A stretch of 44,719 nucleotides of DNA, from assembly GCF_001194135.2 (NCBI RefSeq), contig NC_068997.1, forward strand, positions 3,295,844-3,340,562, written 5' to 3'. Position 1 is the stretch's first letter. The number at the start of each line of letters is the position of its first letter. Below, piece by piece: positions 11,245-23,496 of this stretch. The notes beneath the pieces are model-generated. The model made no database searches. It had not been told where the DNA came from and was given only the letters and a program-made list of their open reading frames with translations. This DNA comes from Octopus bimaculoides. Its lineage: Eukaryota. Both the position numbers and the translations under genes were made by a program.

Positions 11245-12520
11245 CCAACAATTTCTGGTTAATTTTTGCTCCTGTCACCGTTTCGTACTCCTTTAGGGTA
11301 GGGACTAGCACCTCAATTTCCGAGATGTCCGACACTATTACGGTGAGGACGTCAGCATAAACTGACAGGAACCCTCTGCATCGTAGTTAATGACGGATGC
11401 CCTCCCCACCCCCCGAAAAACCCAGCTTCAGTAGCAACGGCTCGAGGTCGAGCACGTAAATAAGGGGTGTGTGTGGGCATCCTTGACGGACTTAACAAGT
11501 GATGCTAAACAATTCTGATAGGTCGCCATTTACGTTTACCATTGAACAGGTGTCTCTGTACATTGAAAACGATCTAGCCTCCGCAAGCGGGACCGATACC
11601 GATCTCCGCGTGGACAGCCTCCAAGTATTGATGGTTGACACTATCGAAAGCTTTCGGTTGAGCGAAATTCGTCACCTCCCCGTCCATGCACGGATCCTTA
11701 TTTACCCACTCCATGACGAAATGCATGAAGTGAAGGTTGTTGTGTTCTGTTTGGGTATTTCAGCGCTACCGGCCAGTTCATCGACGACAAGCGCTAATAG
11801 GCTTACACGTTGGCCAATATCTAGTAATCTACGTTCAGCAGAGTTATGGAACTAAGATTATTTATTTGGTTTCCCTTGTTCGAGTCCTTTCTAAGAAACA
11901 CCAACACGCCATTGTCCACATCAACCAAGAGATAACCAAACGCGTCAGGCATATGAAGATAAAGCTCGAAAAGCAGCCAATCCAGTCCCGGCAACTAATT
12001 CTTTGTGCAGTTAGTAATCGCAACCTGTATGTCTTCGTCTGTTATTGGAATTTCAGAAAACTCCACCTCCCTGGCAGAATTGTGCGACATGCCATCGCGG
12101 CAGGAAGTGAAAACCATCCCTGTTTCCGATCACCGCAAACTGGGTACAGTTCGGCAAAGCGCCGTTGAATTTTGTACACCTCTTCTTGGCTTCTAGTTGC
12201 ATGAGCCCGTCCCTTCCTTTCAAAGACCAATTGTGGATTTCCTCTATGTTGCCTCTTCACCACCCGTGCCCATTGAACAGCTTTCGTTCCCTTGTGTCTT
12301 AGTGCATGCGTCCTAGCTCTGAAACGCAACCTTCGTGCTTGGTATTAAAGAATTGATCAAGAACCAACTCACTGCCAGCACGTCGGTTGCTTCTTCTAAG
12401 TTCATGCTGACTCGATTCTCCCGCCATTCTAGAGTCTTCTTACGTTATTTCTTTACTAACCCTTAACGTCACTACTCTAAAAGCTCTTTTCGGGGTTATC
12501 CGCCATCAGTCGTTGATGAT
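11245..12520 (-). pseudogene. Decayed ORF2 reverse transcriptase (Tx1/L1-like)
   Basis: Hand translation: PGLDWLLFELY; ITLLNVDY*ILANV; NLHFMHFVMEWV; QPKAFDSVNHQYLEAV; VRQGCPHTPLIYVLDLEPLLLKL; SVYADVLTVIVSD; YETVTGAKINQK. Multiple stops and frameshifts. Confidence 0.92.
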
Positions 12521-12529
12521 TGCATCCAT

Positions 12530-13915
12530 TTAAATGTGCTGTTATAGCAAATTGCATCCCCTTTCTCAATGTCAAATGCCATCAAATCTTCGTTGACTCT
12601 CCTCATAAGCACGAAATTTGGTGTCTGTGTGATTGACTGTTGTTGAGTGAGCTTTTTTCTGGGGACAAAGTGGGGATGTCGTAGCGTTGGCGGCGCTGGC
12701 TGTGGTAGCGGTGGGTGTGGCGGCGTGGGGATGGGGTGATGCGTTTGTGTTTGTTGTGAAATCGTTTCCTGCGTTTTCTGGTGTCAGTGTTCCTGTGAGG
12801 ACATTTGCTTTTTATAGTCTCTTTTTTCGCTCAGGCGTTTTTGCGGTTCCTCCTCTTCACTTCGAGTTGGAGAGGAAGCAGTGTCAGTAGAATTTGTTTC
12901 GAGGTGTGTGAGTATGTTTGTTTTTATGGGTGTATTTATGCGTGAGTATGTGTTGGAAGGTTGAGGAGCTGAGTTGAGATACACCAAGTGTAGTTCTCTC
13001 TGCTATTTTTTGCTGATGTTGGCGGTGCTGGTGATGCTGGACTTGCTTGAGTTGGTGGTGGTGGTGGCGGCGGCGGTGGTGACGGCGGTGGCGGCGGCGA
13101 TGATGATGATGATGATGATGATTACGATACCGCGTGGCATATCGTGTTGTTGTAGTTGAGAGCGCGTTGTTGTAGTATGGGTGGCTGCGGGTCTCCTATT
13201 TTTGTGGGGCAAAAAGGTTTTAAGATGCTTTGTGGCCCCACAAAGGTCGCATTTAAGTTTTGTACCTTCTGCGACAACATATAGTTCGTCTCCGTTCGGC
13301 AGTTGTATAAGGTCCGGGATTATTGCTAGGTTCTTGGGCTTCACATTGCACGGAATCTCCAGTTTTTTTATGGAACAGTTCTCTCTGCTGCTTCGTTTGA
13401 CCTCTAAGAGTGTCTCTAGGCAGTCTAAAATAACACAGACCATGATCAGCCAGATGTTCATGTCAGGCGGTTCACCCGATATTCTTAACGTGATAGCTCA
13501 TCTCCTGAGGTACGTCAAATACAGGATACACACTCAGCACTCCAACTGAGTGTCACAAAATGTCTTCGCGCGGAGTCCTCATTTTTAAGAGAACGCGATG
13601 CTGACAAACTGCATTCCTCTTTGCATGTAGGCCACACTTTTCATAATGTCCTTCAGAACCTTCTCCACATGATTGATTGTGATTGGTTTTGTATGCCTGT
13701 CTTTAGTGGAACATATTTTTAATGGAGTGCTGGTTTTTTTGTGTTTGTTTGTTCTACTATGATTTCGGCAGACACAAATACCACTGCCTTACTCCCTCAA
13801 ATATGATAAATTTTTAACTTGGGCCAATTCCCTATATTTATCATTCAGGGTTAGTGAAAACATTTTTTGCTAGGCAGTCATGTCCGAAAAGCTATTTCAT
13901 TTGTCGTTGTTGACA
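12530..13915 (-). pseudogene. Decayed ORF1 (gag-like protein with zinc knuckle)
   Basis: ITLRISGEPPDMNIWL..IIPDLIQLPNGDELYVVAEGTKLKCDLCGATKHLKTFLP (CX2CX4HX4[C>L]), followed by a Thr/Ala/Ser low-complexity tail. It lies upstream of, and collinear with, the RT. Confidence 0.72.
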
Positions 13916-14122
13916 TCGTCAGCTTTCCAATGGTTTTCTAGTTTTTGTTCATATCGTTGCCTTTCTCTGTTGTGTCGTTGTTGTTCATGTTGTTCTCGAC
14001 GTTGCTTTGTTGCTCCTTATTTAACTGCATTTTTGTGTCAATGCTGTGTTGCTGTTCTGGTATGTCATCTCTCTCCCTCTTACTCTCTCCCTTTCTCTCT
14101 ATTATTATCATTATTAGTATTA

Positions 14123-14174
<52 letters not shown>

Positions 14175-14699
14175 GAAGGAGACTTTAAAAATCTCTATGC
14201 CAATCACATTGCCCCCTTCTGTCAAAAGAATAAAGCAAAGCTACTAAGTTGGTTAGTCATGTATGAAGGTTGAAAGGTAACGAAACACATGTGATTAAGT
14301 AGAAAATAATTGAGAAATCCAAACCTTATGTTAATGGGTCTTATGAATGTAGGCTATGTTTAGCTGAAAGAGCTCAGATCCTTTTCAGATTTAAGGTCCA
14401 TAACTCTGTATAGAACTTTTTAGGTCTGAAATTTTCAGTGGTTGCAAACATGCATAAATATATTTTGGGGAATTGGAAAATCCCGCCTAAACCTGGTTAA
14501 CTTGATATCTTTCCAGCCTTATAATTTAAGGTCTAAGGAGGAGAACTCTTTTACTTTGTTTACTTTTTATATTTTAGTTTTTAGTTTTTCGTTTTCCGTT
14601 TTTCGTCTTCTACTTTTTAACCTTCCACGTTTTCTATGTGCTACCTTCTCAGCTTTTTCGTGTTTTCACCCTTATTCATTTTTTTAGTTCGTTATAATA

Positions 14700-16060
14700 T
14701 GTGGTTTGTACAGGATGAATATGTTTGAGATATTTCTCAACATATGAAACTATTAGTAACACTTAAAGACATGTATTGTGTCCTTTAAATATATAATAAT
14801 TATTTCTCACCAGATGGAGTACTTTTTTGTTGATCGTTCCCTCAAAGAACAGTACATTATACATACATCCTAAAACCTGGACTTTTACTGCAAATTCATG
14901 ACTTTCATATGACTGGTGTGTTCGCTTTGTTAAATTGAATGACTCTAATGATTCAACCAAGTCACACATTTTTATGGACATTTGTCACATGGATTACTCT
15001 GCTAAGAACATACCTACACTACCAAATGAACTACATCTCAGGATACAACTTGAAAGTTGAAGATCTCGTAAAACGGATAAGATGGAAAGCATTATTGCTT
15101 GATTCCACATCATCTCCCTCTTATACAGAACGTTATGATTTAAAGACTCGTAAATACCCTCGTATAGTTAAAGAATTAATCACTTTTGAGTAAGACCTTC
15201 TTAATTTAGTTACCGATATTAGATTCCGAAAGTACCATAACTGCTTCCAAACTAAAATGAAATGTGATATTAAGAATTTTAGATGTTCTAAAAATAAGTT
15301 CGTATTTTCTGATAAGACGAATGACCTATATGAAGTTTCTAATGTTTTGTATGATAAGTTGCTAAAAGTCACCGTTCCCACCAAATATAACAAATCTAAC
15401 GTAGAGAGATACTATGATATCAATGATAAGGCTAAATACATCGCTAAACGTAGTAACATCGATGAGAGATTAGAATGCTTAGTTAAGAGAGAGGCTTTTA
15501 TTACTTTAAAAGGCCATAAAGCTAATTTTCGTGATAATACTACTTATAGATTGTTGAACCCAGCGAGATTTGAAATTGGGTTAGTAGCTAAAAAAATACT
15601 AAGAAACATTACTAATAAAATTAGAGAAATTATTGGGCTTCAACAATGGTATAACAGTTTTACTGTAATAGATTGGTTTATGAACATTAGTAATAAGAAA
15701 AAAGGCTAAATTCACCCAGTTTGATATTATAGAATTTTATTTCCCGTGGGTGTGATGGTCAGGCTCTTGATAGATTTAGGAAATTTACTTCTGTCTTTAG
15801 TCAATGAGGCCTTAAAATTACAGTAGCTGCTAGTCAATTTTTTGGATGTTTCCCTAGACCAAAATCCTCATCCTAAAATCCTTCCCGTAAGCCTTATGAG
15901 AAACTCGCCTGTATGCATAAACAGAATTGTAACATTTAAAAACGTGATAGCTAACATTAGAAACAGAGTGTCTAACCTTTCTTCCTCTAAAGAAATTTTC
16001 GACAAAGCTGTCCCCTGGTATAACAATGCCCTAGCCAATAGTGGCTTCAAAGAGTTAGTA
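14700..16060 (+). mobile_element. Penelope-like retroelement remnant (Naiad-like RT) with internal deletions; 3' part lost
   Basis: YSAKNIP; KVEDLVKRIRWKAL; FSDKTNDLY; REAFITLKGHKANFRDNTTYRLLNPARFEIG; QQWYNSFTVIDWF; FTQFDIIEFY; VNFLDVSLD; LSSSKEIFDKAVPWYNNALANSGF. The clade label comes from recalled motif style. Confidence 0.82.
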
Positions 16061-16144
16061 TGCACGTATACATCTATGTACGTATGTATGTATACACAGA
16101 CACACAGATATATATTTGAATATATAGATATATATATATATATA

Positions 16145-16466
16145 NNNNNNNNNNNNNNNNNNNNNNNNNNNNNNNNNNNNNNNNNNNNNNNNNNNNNNNN
16201 NNNNNNNNNNNNNNNNNNNNNNNNNNNNNNNNNNNNNNNNNNNNNNNNNNNNNNNNNNNNNNNNNNNNNNNNNNNNNNNNNNNNNNNNNNNNNNNNNNNN
16301 NNNNNNNNNNNNNNNNNNNNNNNNNNNNNNNNNNNNNNNNNNNNNNNNNNNNNNNNNNNNNNNNNNNNNNNNNNNNNNNNNNNNNNNNNNNNNNNNNNNN
16401 NNNNNNNNNNNNNNNNNNNNNNNNNNNNNNNNNNNNNNNNNNNNNNNNNNNNNNNNNNNNNNNNNN
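16145..16466. other. Assembly gap (other N-runs: 19842-19851, 20115-20124, 28090-28428, 30231-30790, 31705-32128, 40910-40919, 43602-44025)
   Basis: N-runs, mostly flanked by microsatellites. Confidence 0.99.
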
Positions 16467-16489
<23 letters not shown>

Positions 16490-16497
<8 letters not shown>

Positions 16498-16632
16498 GAC
16501 GGGCTTCTCTCAGTTTCCGTTTTCCGTCAACGAAATTCCCTCACAAGGCTTTTGTAGGCCCGAATTTGAAGGAGAACCCGCAATCTTGTGGTTGGAAAGC
16601 AAGATTCTTACCACATGTCCATCCCTGTACCT
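16490..16632 (-). mobile_element. SINE family A, 5' half with internal deletion
   Basis: gacgggcttctctcagtttccgt..tcacaaggcttt.gtaggcccga..tggttggaaagcaagattcttaccac. Confidence 0.75.
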
Positions 16633-17338
16633 ATGTGAATATAAATATTTATATACATAGATGTATTTCTCTGTGTGTATTTCTGAGTGTGTCTGTGTGT
16701 GTACGGACGTATGTATGTATGTATGTATGTATGTATGTACGTATGCATGTATGTATATATGTATGCATGTATGTATGTATGTATGTATGTATGTATAGCA
16801 GAAACTAAGCTCCCCTGTTTTTCTCACGTATTGTAAGGTGGTTTTGACTATCAACCCATGACAATAATCAGTGCCAGCAAACCAAGAAAGAAAATGAGAA
16901 CTATTTAGATTTCTATAACAAAACGTTAGTCTATTGTTGTATTGTTGTATTGTTGTGACTTGTATTTTAACAACTTCGCAATGAATTGGTACAAATATAA
17001 AACCTTGCACTACACCTCTCTAATACTGAGTTCAATTTCACACACTAGAGTGATAACAATACCTATATTGTATTTTCGTTGTAATATTGTCTTTGTTACT
17101 GCTCAGGCTGATAGAGATGGCGATAGTGTTACTAATGTTGTTGTAGTTCTTGGTATTGTTAGGGCTGAAGTTGTTGCCGTTGTTGTCGTTGGTTTTTGTG
17201 TATTTTTTTCTTCACTATATGAGAGAAATAATGACAACTAATGCAGCCGGACAATATTGTGGCTTGCACATTCACTAAACACACAAAGGCTATTCTTCTC
17301 AATGGCAATATGATTTAGCCTTAAAAATATCTTGTCAC

Positions 17339-17393
<55 letters not shown>

Positions 17394-17483
17394 GGAGTTG
17401 TTATATAAAATATTTACGAAAAGGAAGTATATAATACCAACATGAGGGTTATGATTATCATCATCATCAATACAATTATTAAT

Positions 17484-18700
17484 ATTATTATTCTTACAAA
17501 TCAGTCGTAGTTTTATTGCGTGTTTTCACTGCACTGTCGAAGATAGTTGTTTGCTTTGGGCATGCACAAAGTTTTATTTTCGGTTTTGTTATCTTTACTG
17601 TATTGAAAATATTCTCAATAATGTGTAGAAATGCTATATTCTGTATGCTATGCTAGTTTACAAATTCTTGGATCGTGTTTATACATATATGTATCTGCAA
17701 AATTTTTCAAGGGAGGTCGGTTTCTTTTACCATCTCCAAGGCATCTATCATTGAAGCAAATGTATTTTGTTTTCGACCCGACATCGGAGTTATATCTATT
17801 TCTAGATCTTTATATTTTCTCTTTTATTATTTCACTTGCTTCTGTCGAAACAGTTCTCCGTTTTCTTAGGCATACGCTATCATCTTTTGGAAGAATTACG
17901 TCCAGCACATTAGGAGGTATCTACTTTTATGTTAGTCCTTGACAACAATATCTGCTCGGTTAATATTGATCTCTCTTGTATCCCGGTAGTGGTATATCTT
18001 AAAGTGTGAACGGTTTCTTATATTCAAAGACTAGTTACATGTATGCCTATACCATCTCTTTTCTATTCGTATTTCATAAAACTCGCACAATATCAAGTGT
18101 AAAGCTCAACTCTTAAATGTTTGTGGATATATTATGTGTTAGTTAAGATTAGGCACTCAAAGACAATGTGATTGTTTCTTCTCAATTTCCACAACTGCAG
18201 CAGTTATCGTATTATACATTATTATATGTATTTGATGGTTCCTGGCCCTTTGGTCCTGTGTCGCAGTCAAGAACTTTTCGGTTCAATACTTTGCAGCCAG
18301 TGTCATGACTTGTCCTTATTTAATTCTACATTTTTCCAAATATTCACATACTGGACATGTTGGGTCTTTCCTTGCCGTCGTCTTATTATGGCAGTTTGTA
18401 GTCCCAAATTTAGTTTACAATTTAACTACTTCTGAGTTCGCATTGTTGTTCAACCTTTCGTTTTTCATTGCTGTCTGTTATTGTTATCAGTTTTGTAGTT
18501 GTCTTTCTCCTTTCCAGGAAGAAATTATCGTCTTGCTTCGCTCGTATTTTGTAGGCGTCTGCATTTACTTTCTACGAATCTTGCAAACTTACTTTTGCAA
18601 ACTTACAGTGGTTATTTCATAATAGCTTTCTTGTCGCCCAAACTCCTATTCATGTTAAATATAATAATTTCATATGAAGTTTAATGTGATGTATTCGAAA
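17484..18700 (-). mobile_element. Third R4/Dong-like remnant (old, heavily mutated)
   Basis: Minus-strand pieces: ESYYEITTVSLQK; HWLQS...ATQDQ..RNHQ; C.SCGN*EETI; NRADIVVKD; KYKDLEIDIT; IQNIAFLHII. A short aataataat tail lies at the 3' end and a long (TAT)n array is nearby (17339-17392). Confidence 0.72.
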
Positions 18701-18884
18701 TGCAGTCGCATATTTTCATTGTTTTCTCCAATGCCTTGTTAGTTCGCTTAACACCCAGTTGACAATATTATAACTACAGACTTATTAAAGGGGCGGCTAA
18801 AGAAGTACTGCCGATCATCTTATTTCTATGACAATTTATTAATTGATAAGTAATGATTCCATTCTTTACTAGCGTTTTCTTTTA

Positions 18885-19010
<126 letters not shown>

Positions 19011-19780
19011 GTATACACGCTAGTTTTTTCATTACTATGTTTCTGTACGTCTGCGTTTGTTATAGATGTTTGAACTCTATGGTTCATTTTATTTTTTTTA
19101 TCTTTTAAGCATGTTTCGCTGGCTGGCAGAATCGTTACAGTATCGGATGTCTTTCTTCCGAAATGGAAGGAGTTGAAATGCGTACAAGAGAAACAGTCAG
19201 ATTATTGCTGTTTGACTTGTGCTTACATCTGCAGCTCAGGACGGGCAGCTGGTCCTTACGATATTTACACAGCCGGGATCGACAATTACTCGAAGTCGTA
19301 TTGACTGCTGACAACTACGATGTTACCGGCTGACGGAGCGGGGAAGAATGTCAATCAGTTTAGTTAGGCAGAATACAAGGTTAAATTGCTTTCGGCGAGG
19401 TAAAATACTGGTCACTTGAAGGTCTTTTACCCAGAAGAAATTAAGAGGGAAAAGAACACATCTGCAAGTGTTCCAATCATAACAATAGAAGGTCCCACAG
19501 GCGAGGACACTAGTGGTTACTATTACTATTTGCAGAACGCAGCTTATCGCAAAATTTATAAGGGATAGAGCAGAGGGAAACCAAATTCCACCCATCCTTA
19601 GAACCACCAATATTTTATGTGGTTTTGTAAGTATCGGTAAGTGAAAACTTGTCTATAATGGCTCAAATTATGGTCCAAACCACTATCTCAGAGTAACTAT
19701 TCAGTATCAACTTGATTATGTCCCAGTGTATCTAAGTGTGTGCTTATGAGTGTGTGTTTATGAGTGTGTCTATGTGTGGG

Positions 19781-19819
<39 letters not shown>

Positions 19820-19979
19820 GTGTGTGTGTGTGCGCGCGCGCNNNNNNNNNNGTGTGTGTGCGTGTGTGTGTGTGTGTGTGCGCGCGCGCGTTACAGGGGT
19901 TCTTGGAACAGCAACTTTAAATTCCAAATAGCCCTATATTTATAGATACAATAGGAATTCATAGAAACAGCTTAATGAG

Positions 19980-20021
19980 ATCTTGTATATCTTAACGCAC
20001 ACACTCACACATACACACACA

Positions 20022-20086
<65 letters not shown>

Positions 20087-20766
20087 TCACACATATATGC
20101 ATTCACATGAACACNNNNNNNNNNTATATATCATGTGTGTTTATATGCAGAGAGCGTGGTCATGGCGAACCTGAAGCAATCACTGACAAAGCTAAACATT
20201 CCTTTTTCTGTGTATACGTATGTTTGTATGCATTTGTGCGTATGTGTGTTGTGGGGAGCGGTATGTATGCGTGTGTATATATGTTTAAAACACAGACATA
20301 CAACCCAGAAATGCAATTCGGTAAACAAGCAAATTATATATTTTCATTTGAAATTATATATAAACACTCACCAAATTTATATAATGGTAATTTGTATACA
20401 CACGTATGCACATACATATTCACCCACACAGGTGCACATATTCATACGTATATATATGCGTGTGTGTGAGTGTGTGTGTATGTGTATGTGTGTGGGGGGT
20501 GTATGCGGGTGTGTGTTTTGTGTGTGTATGTGTGCATATATATATATACATGTACATATATACATTTATTTTTATATACATATATTATGTATGTTTGTAT
20601 ACATATTTATGTATATATATTTTTTTAAGTTTTCATATATATATATACATACATGCATATATATATATATATATACATATATATTATATATGTATATATG
20701 TACATGTGTGAGTGTATGTATCTATGTATGTTTCATATATTTTACTAGTAGTTACTGTTATATATA

Positions 20767-20815
<49 letters not shown>

Positions 20816-21220
20816 GGCGAATAATACGCACACCCTCACCACATTATTCCATGAGACAGAAAGCAGTAAACAGAAGTCAGATACAGGTACGCAAACACAC
20901 ATACAGTCACACGCGCAGACATACACAGCATCACTCACTCACTCACTCATTACACACATGCACTAACTCAATCACATACTGACATACACACACACATACA
21001 CACAAGCTCACACACACTCATATACTGTCGTCCCAGACATTCACATAATTTCAAATAAAATCATTTAAGCACGTAAACAATAGACAGGTTCGTTCATACA
21101 AAATTAAACCTATTGTGCGTGTGTATATATATATATATATATATATACGCGAGTCTATGAATGTGTGTATGTATATATATATATATGTACTTATACATAT
21201 GTATATATTTCTATGTATGC
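19980..21220. repeat. Compound (CA)n/(TA)n/(TG)n low-complexity block
   Basis: Read directly; explains the ORFs at 19983-21349. Confidence 0.9.
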
Positions 21221-21918
21221 ATATTATTAATGATACAAACCTCGCACAACTTAGTACGCAAAATTACATTTTTTCCATTTGTTGTTATAAACATGTGTAT
21301 TAATTTAAATAAACAAAAATTATACACATATATAACTTATGAACTATAAATTTCATATAGCTTTAAACTTGATACATAAATTAAAAGAACATATATGTAT
21401 GTGTGGGAGCATGTTTCCTTCCTGTGTATATACATATTTGTGTAATTTTAGTATATCATATACTACAAGTTGAACATTATATTATACGTCAGAGAGATAT
21501 ATTTTGATATACAATATCATATACAGGGTGACATTCATAATAACGTTATGAGATTAGTTTCTTTACATAAATGCAAAAGTCCTATATTTCAAAGTAATAC
21601 AATTGTGTATACATTGGTAGCAAAGCAAATGATAAACAAATGAACATATTCTGCTCTCCACATTCCTTTCAGTATTACACGATTAGGTTGAAGAATGCCA
21701 CATGATGTCATCAATGAAAAACACATAGGCTTTGTAATGCAATTTTATTGGAAGGCTACAAAATTGGCTCCCTGATGCCTTTCGTCAATTATTGTTTCAC
21801 AAGACACCATATTGTCAGGCATATTATAGACACTATATTGTCAGTCATATTAAAGCAGTTTCTCCCCATCTACTTGGAAACTCAGAATGTTAAAAGATGC
21901 AGGATTTAGATAAGTTAT

Positions 21919-22034
21919 ACTGCGTGGCACCTTGGGCAAGTGTCTTCAACTATAACCTCGGGCCGACCAAAGCCTTGTGAGTGGATTTGGTAGACGGAAA
22001 CTGAAAGAAGCCCGTCGTGTATATGTGTATATAC

Positions 22035-22091
<57 letters not shown>

Positions 22092-22297
22092 TGTGTCTGT
22101 GTTTGTCCCCCCACCATCGCTTGACAACCGATGCTGGTGTGTTTACGTCCCCGTAACCTAGCGGTTCGGCAAAAGAGAACGATAGAATAAGTACTAGGCT
22201 TACAAAGAATAAGTCCTGGGGTCGATTTGCTCGACTAAAGGCGGTGCTCCAGCATGGCCACAGTCAAATGACTGAAACAAGTAAAAGAGTAAAAGAG
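21919..22297 (+). mobile_element. SINE family A, well-preserved copy lacking the extreme 5' head, with internal (TA)n(TG)n
   Basis: ctgcgtggcaccttgggcaagtgtc (CORE-like), gtgagtggatttggtagacggaaactgaaagaagcccgtcg, microsatellite, cttgacaaccgatgctggtgtgtttacgtccccgtaac, 3' tail gactgaaacaagtaaaagagtaaaagag. Confidence 0.88.
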
Positions 22298-22689
22298 AGA
22301 GGGTATATTCTTGATACTCTAAAGGTTTCTTTATTTTACTGCCCATTGGTAGTTATGTAAATGAAAAGCATAGTGGAAACTGTGCAGAATTTGAACTCGT
22401 AACCTGCTGATAAAATGACTTGCCTTGTTTATTCATTTGCTGATTCTGGGAAAAAGAGTAGGTCCTGTGGTCATTGTATGTCCTCAGAGATTGGTGAGTC
22501 AGGTGTCGTTAATGTTCCGTTTAAACTGTTGCGTATTAACATCTGCAGTAAAGACATGAACGGAGAGAAATTACCAGGGGCTGTTGGTCAAGACAGGTTT
22601 CGTTTTTGTGTAGGACTGGGTGGTTGATCGCATTCAAGCGTGACAGTAGGTACAGATACAGGGGTTTGGAGTGCCTGAATGGTGGCGTT

Positions 22690-22872
22690 ACAAGACCGGG
22701 GAGGTAGGAAGTCGATTATATAGACCTCATAATTCAGTTAATATCGACCTCGAAAGGTTTGAAAGACATCGAGGGATGACCTCAACGGAATTTGAACTCA
22801 GAGCATGGAGGAGACGAAATGCCATAAAGCATTTTGCCCGGTGTGCTGGTGATTCTGCCAGCCCACCATTTT
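22690..22872 (-). mobile_element. SINE family B copy
   Basis: atcgacctcgaaagg..ggaatttgaactcaga..gcattttgcccggtgtgct.gtgattctgccagc. Confidence 0.78.
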
Positions 22873-23496
22873 AAGGGAGACCAAGATATTAGTTTTGTAC
22901 TTTTCAAAAAATGTAATTAATCTCTTTTTCAGTTATGGCGTGTTACGATAGAAAGGATAAGTATACTTTCCCTTCCATGTATGTCTTTCCTTGACAGGTT
23001 GACATTATTCATTGGAAAACGAGTTTCTGCTCATAGTCACAACTCTTAATTCGCCAACAGGAGATTTCATCTAGCTACAAACAACAATTATATACAAATA
23101 CATGTGCAGAAAAAAAAAATAAACATCAACCATACCATTATCCTGAATACCAGCTCAGCATGTTTATACTGCGACGCTGTGCTACTGTGCCACTGTGACA
23201 CTTAGGAAACCTTTCATAGCTAACGAGGTAGCTTCTTCTTCCTGAGCGATCTACTTAGAATAAAAGCAGCTAAATCTTCACCAAACTACACTCTACTGCC
23301 TTAAATAAAAAGAGATTCCTTAGACAATGATATTCCTTGTGTGAAGAAAGACGGATATTTTATGGGTGGAACCGCTTTTGTTATACATCTGCACGAGTAT
23401 TGGTTACCAGGAATTAAGCAACAACAAAAAACAAAAGCAACATCATCTCATTAGTGTCGAAGACTGAAATTGCATGAGTGACACCCGTTCTCGTTA

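Larger units (their letters stand above)
11245..14090 (-). mobile_element. Tx1/L1-clade LINE remnant: ORF1 plus ORF2 linker and RT; 3' truncated, endonuclease apparently absent
   Basis: See the two pseudogene features. The GC-richer block contrasts with its flanks. The 5' boundary is approximate. Confidence 0.85.

Noticed and set aside
14989-16060. Possible selenocysteine UGA recoding, reported for some Naiad elements
   Set aside because: The stops here are mixed TAA/TGA tied to frameshifts in a decayed copy. No conserved-position UGA or SECIS could be supported.
19470-19515. IITIEGPTGEDTS resembling a P-loop kinase start
   Set aside because: It lacks GK[ST], and the frame is interrupted.
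21494-21560. TA-CAGGGTG, a Tc1-like terminus near 21525
   Set aside because: No partner TIR or transposase sequence was found.
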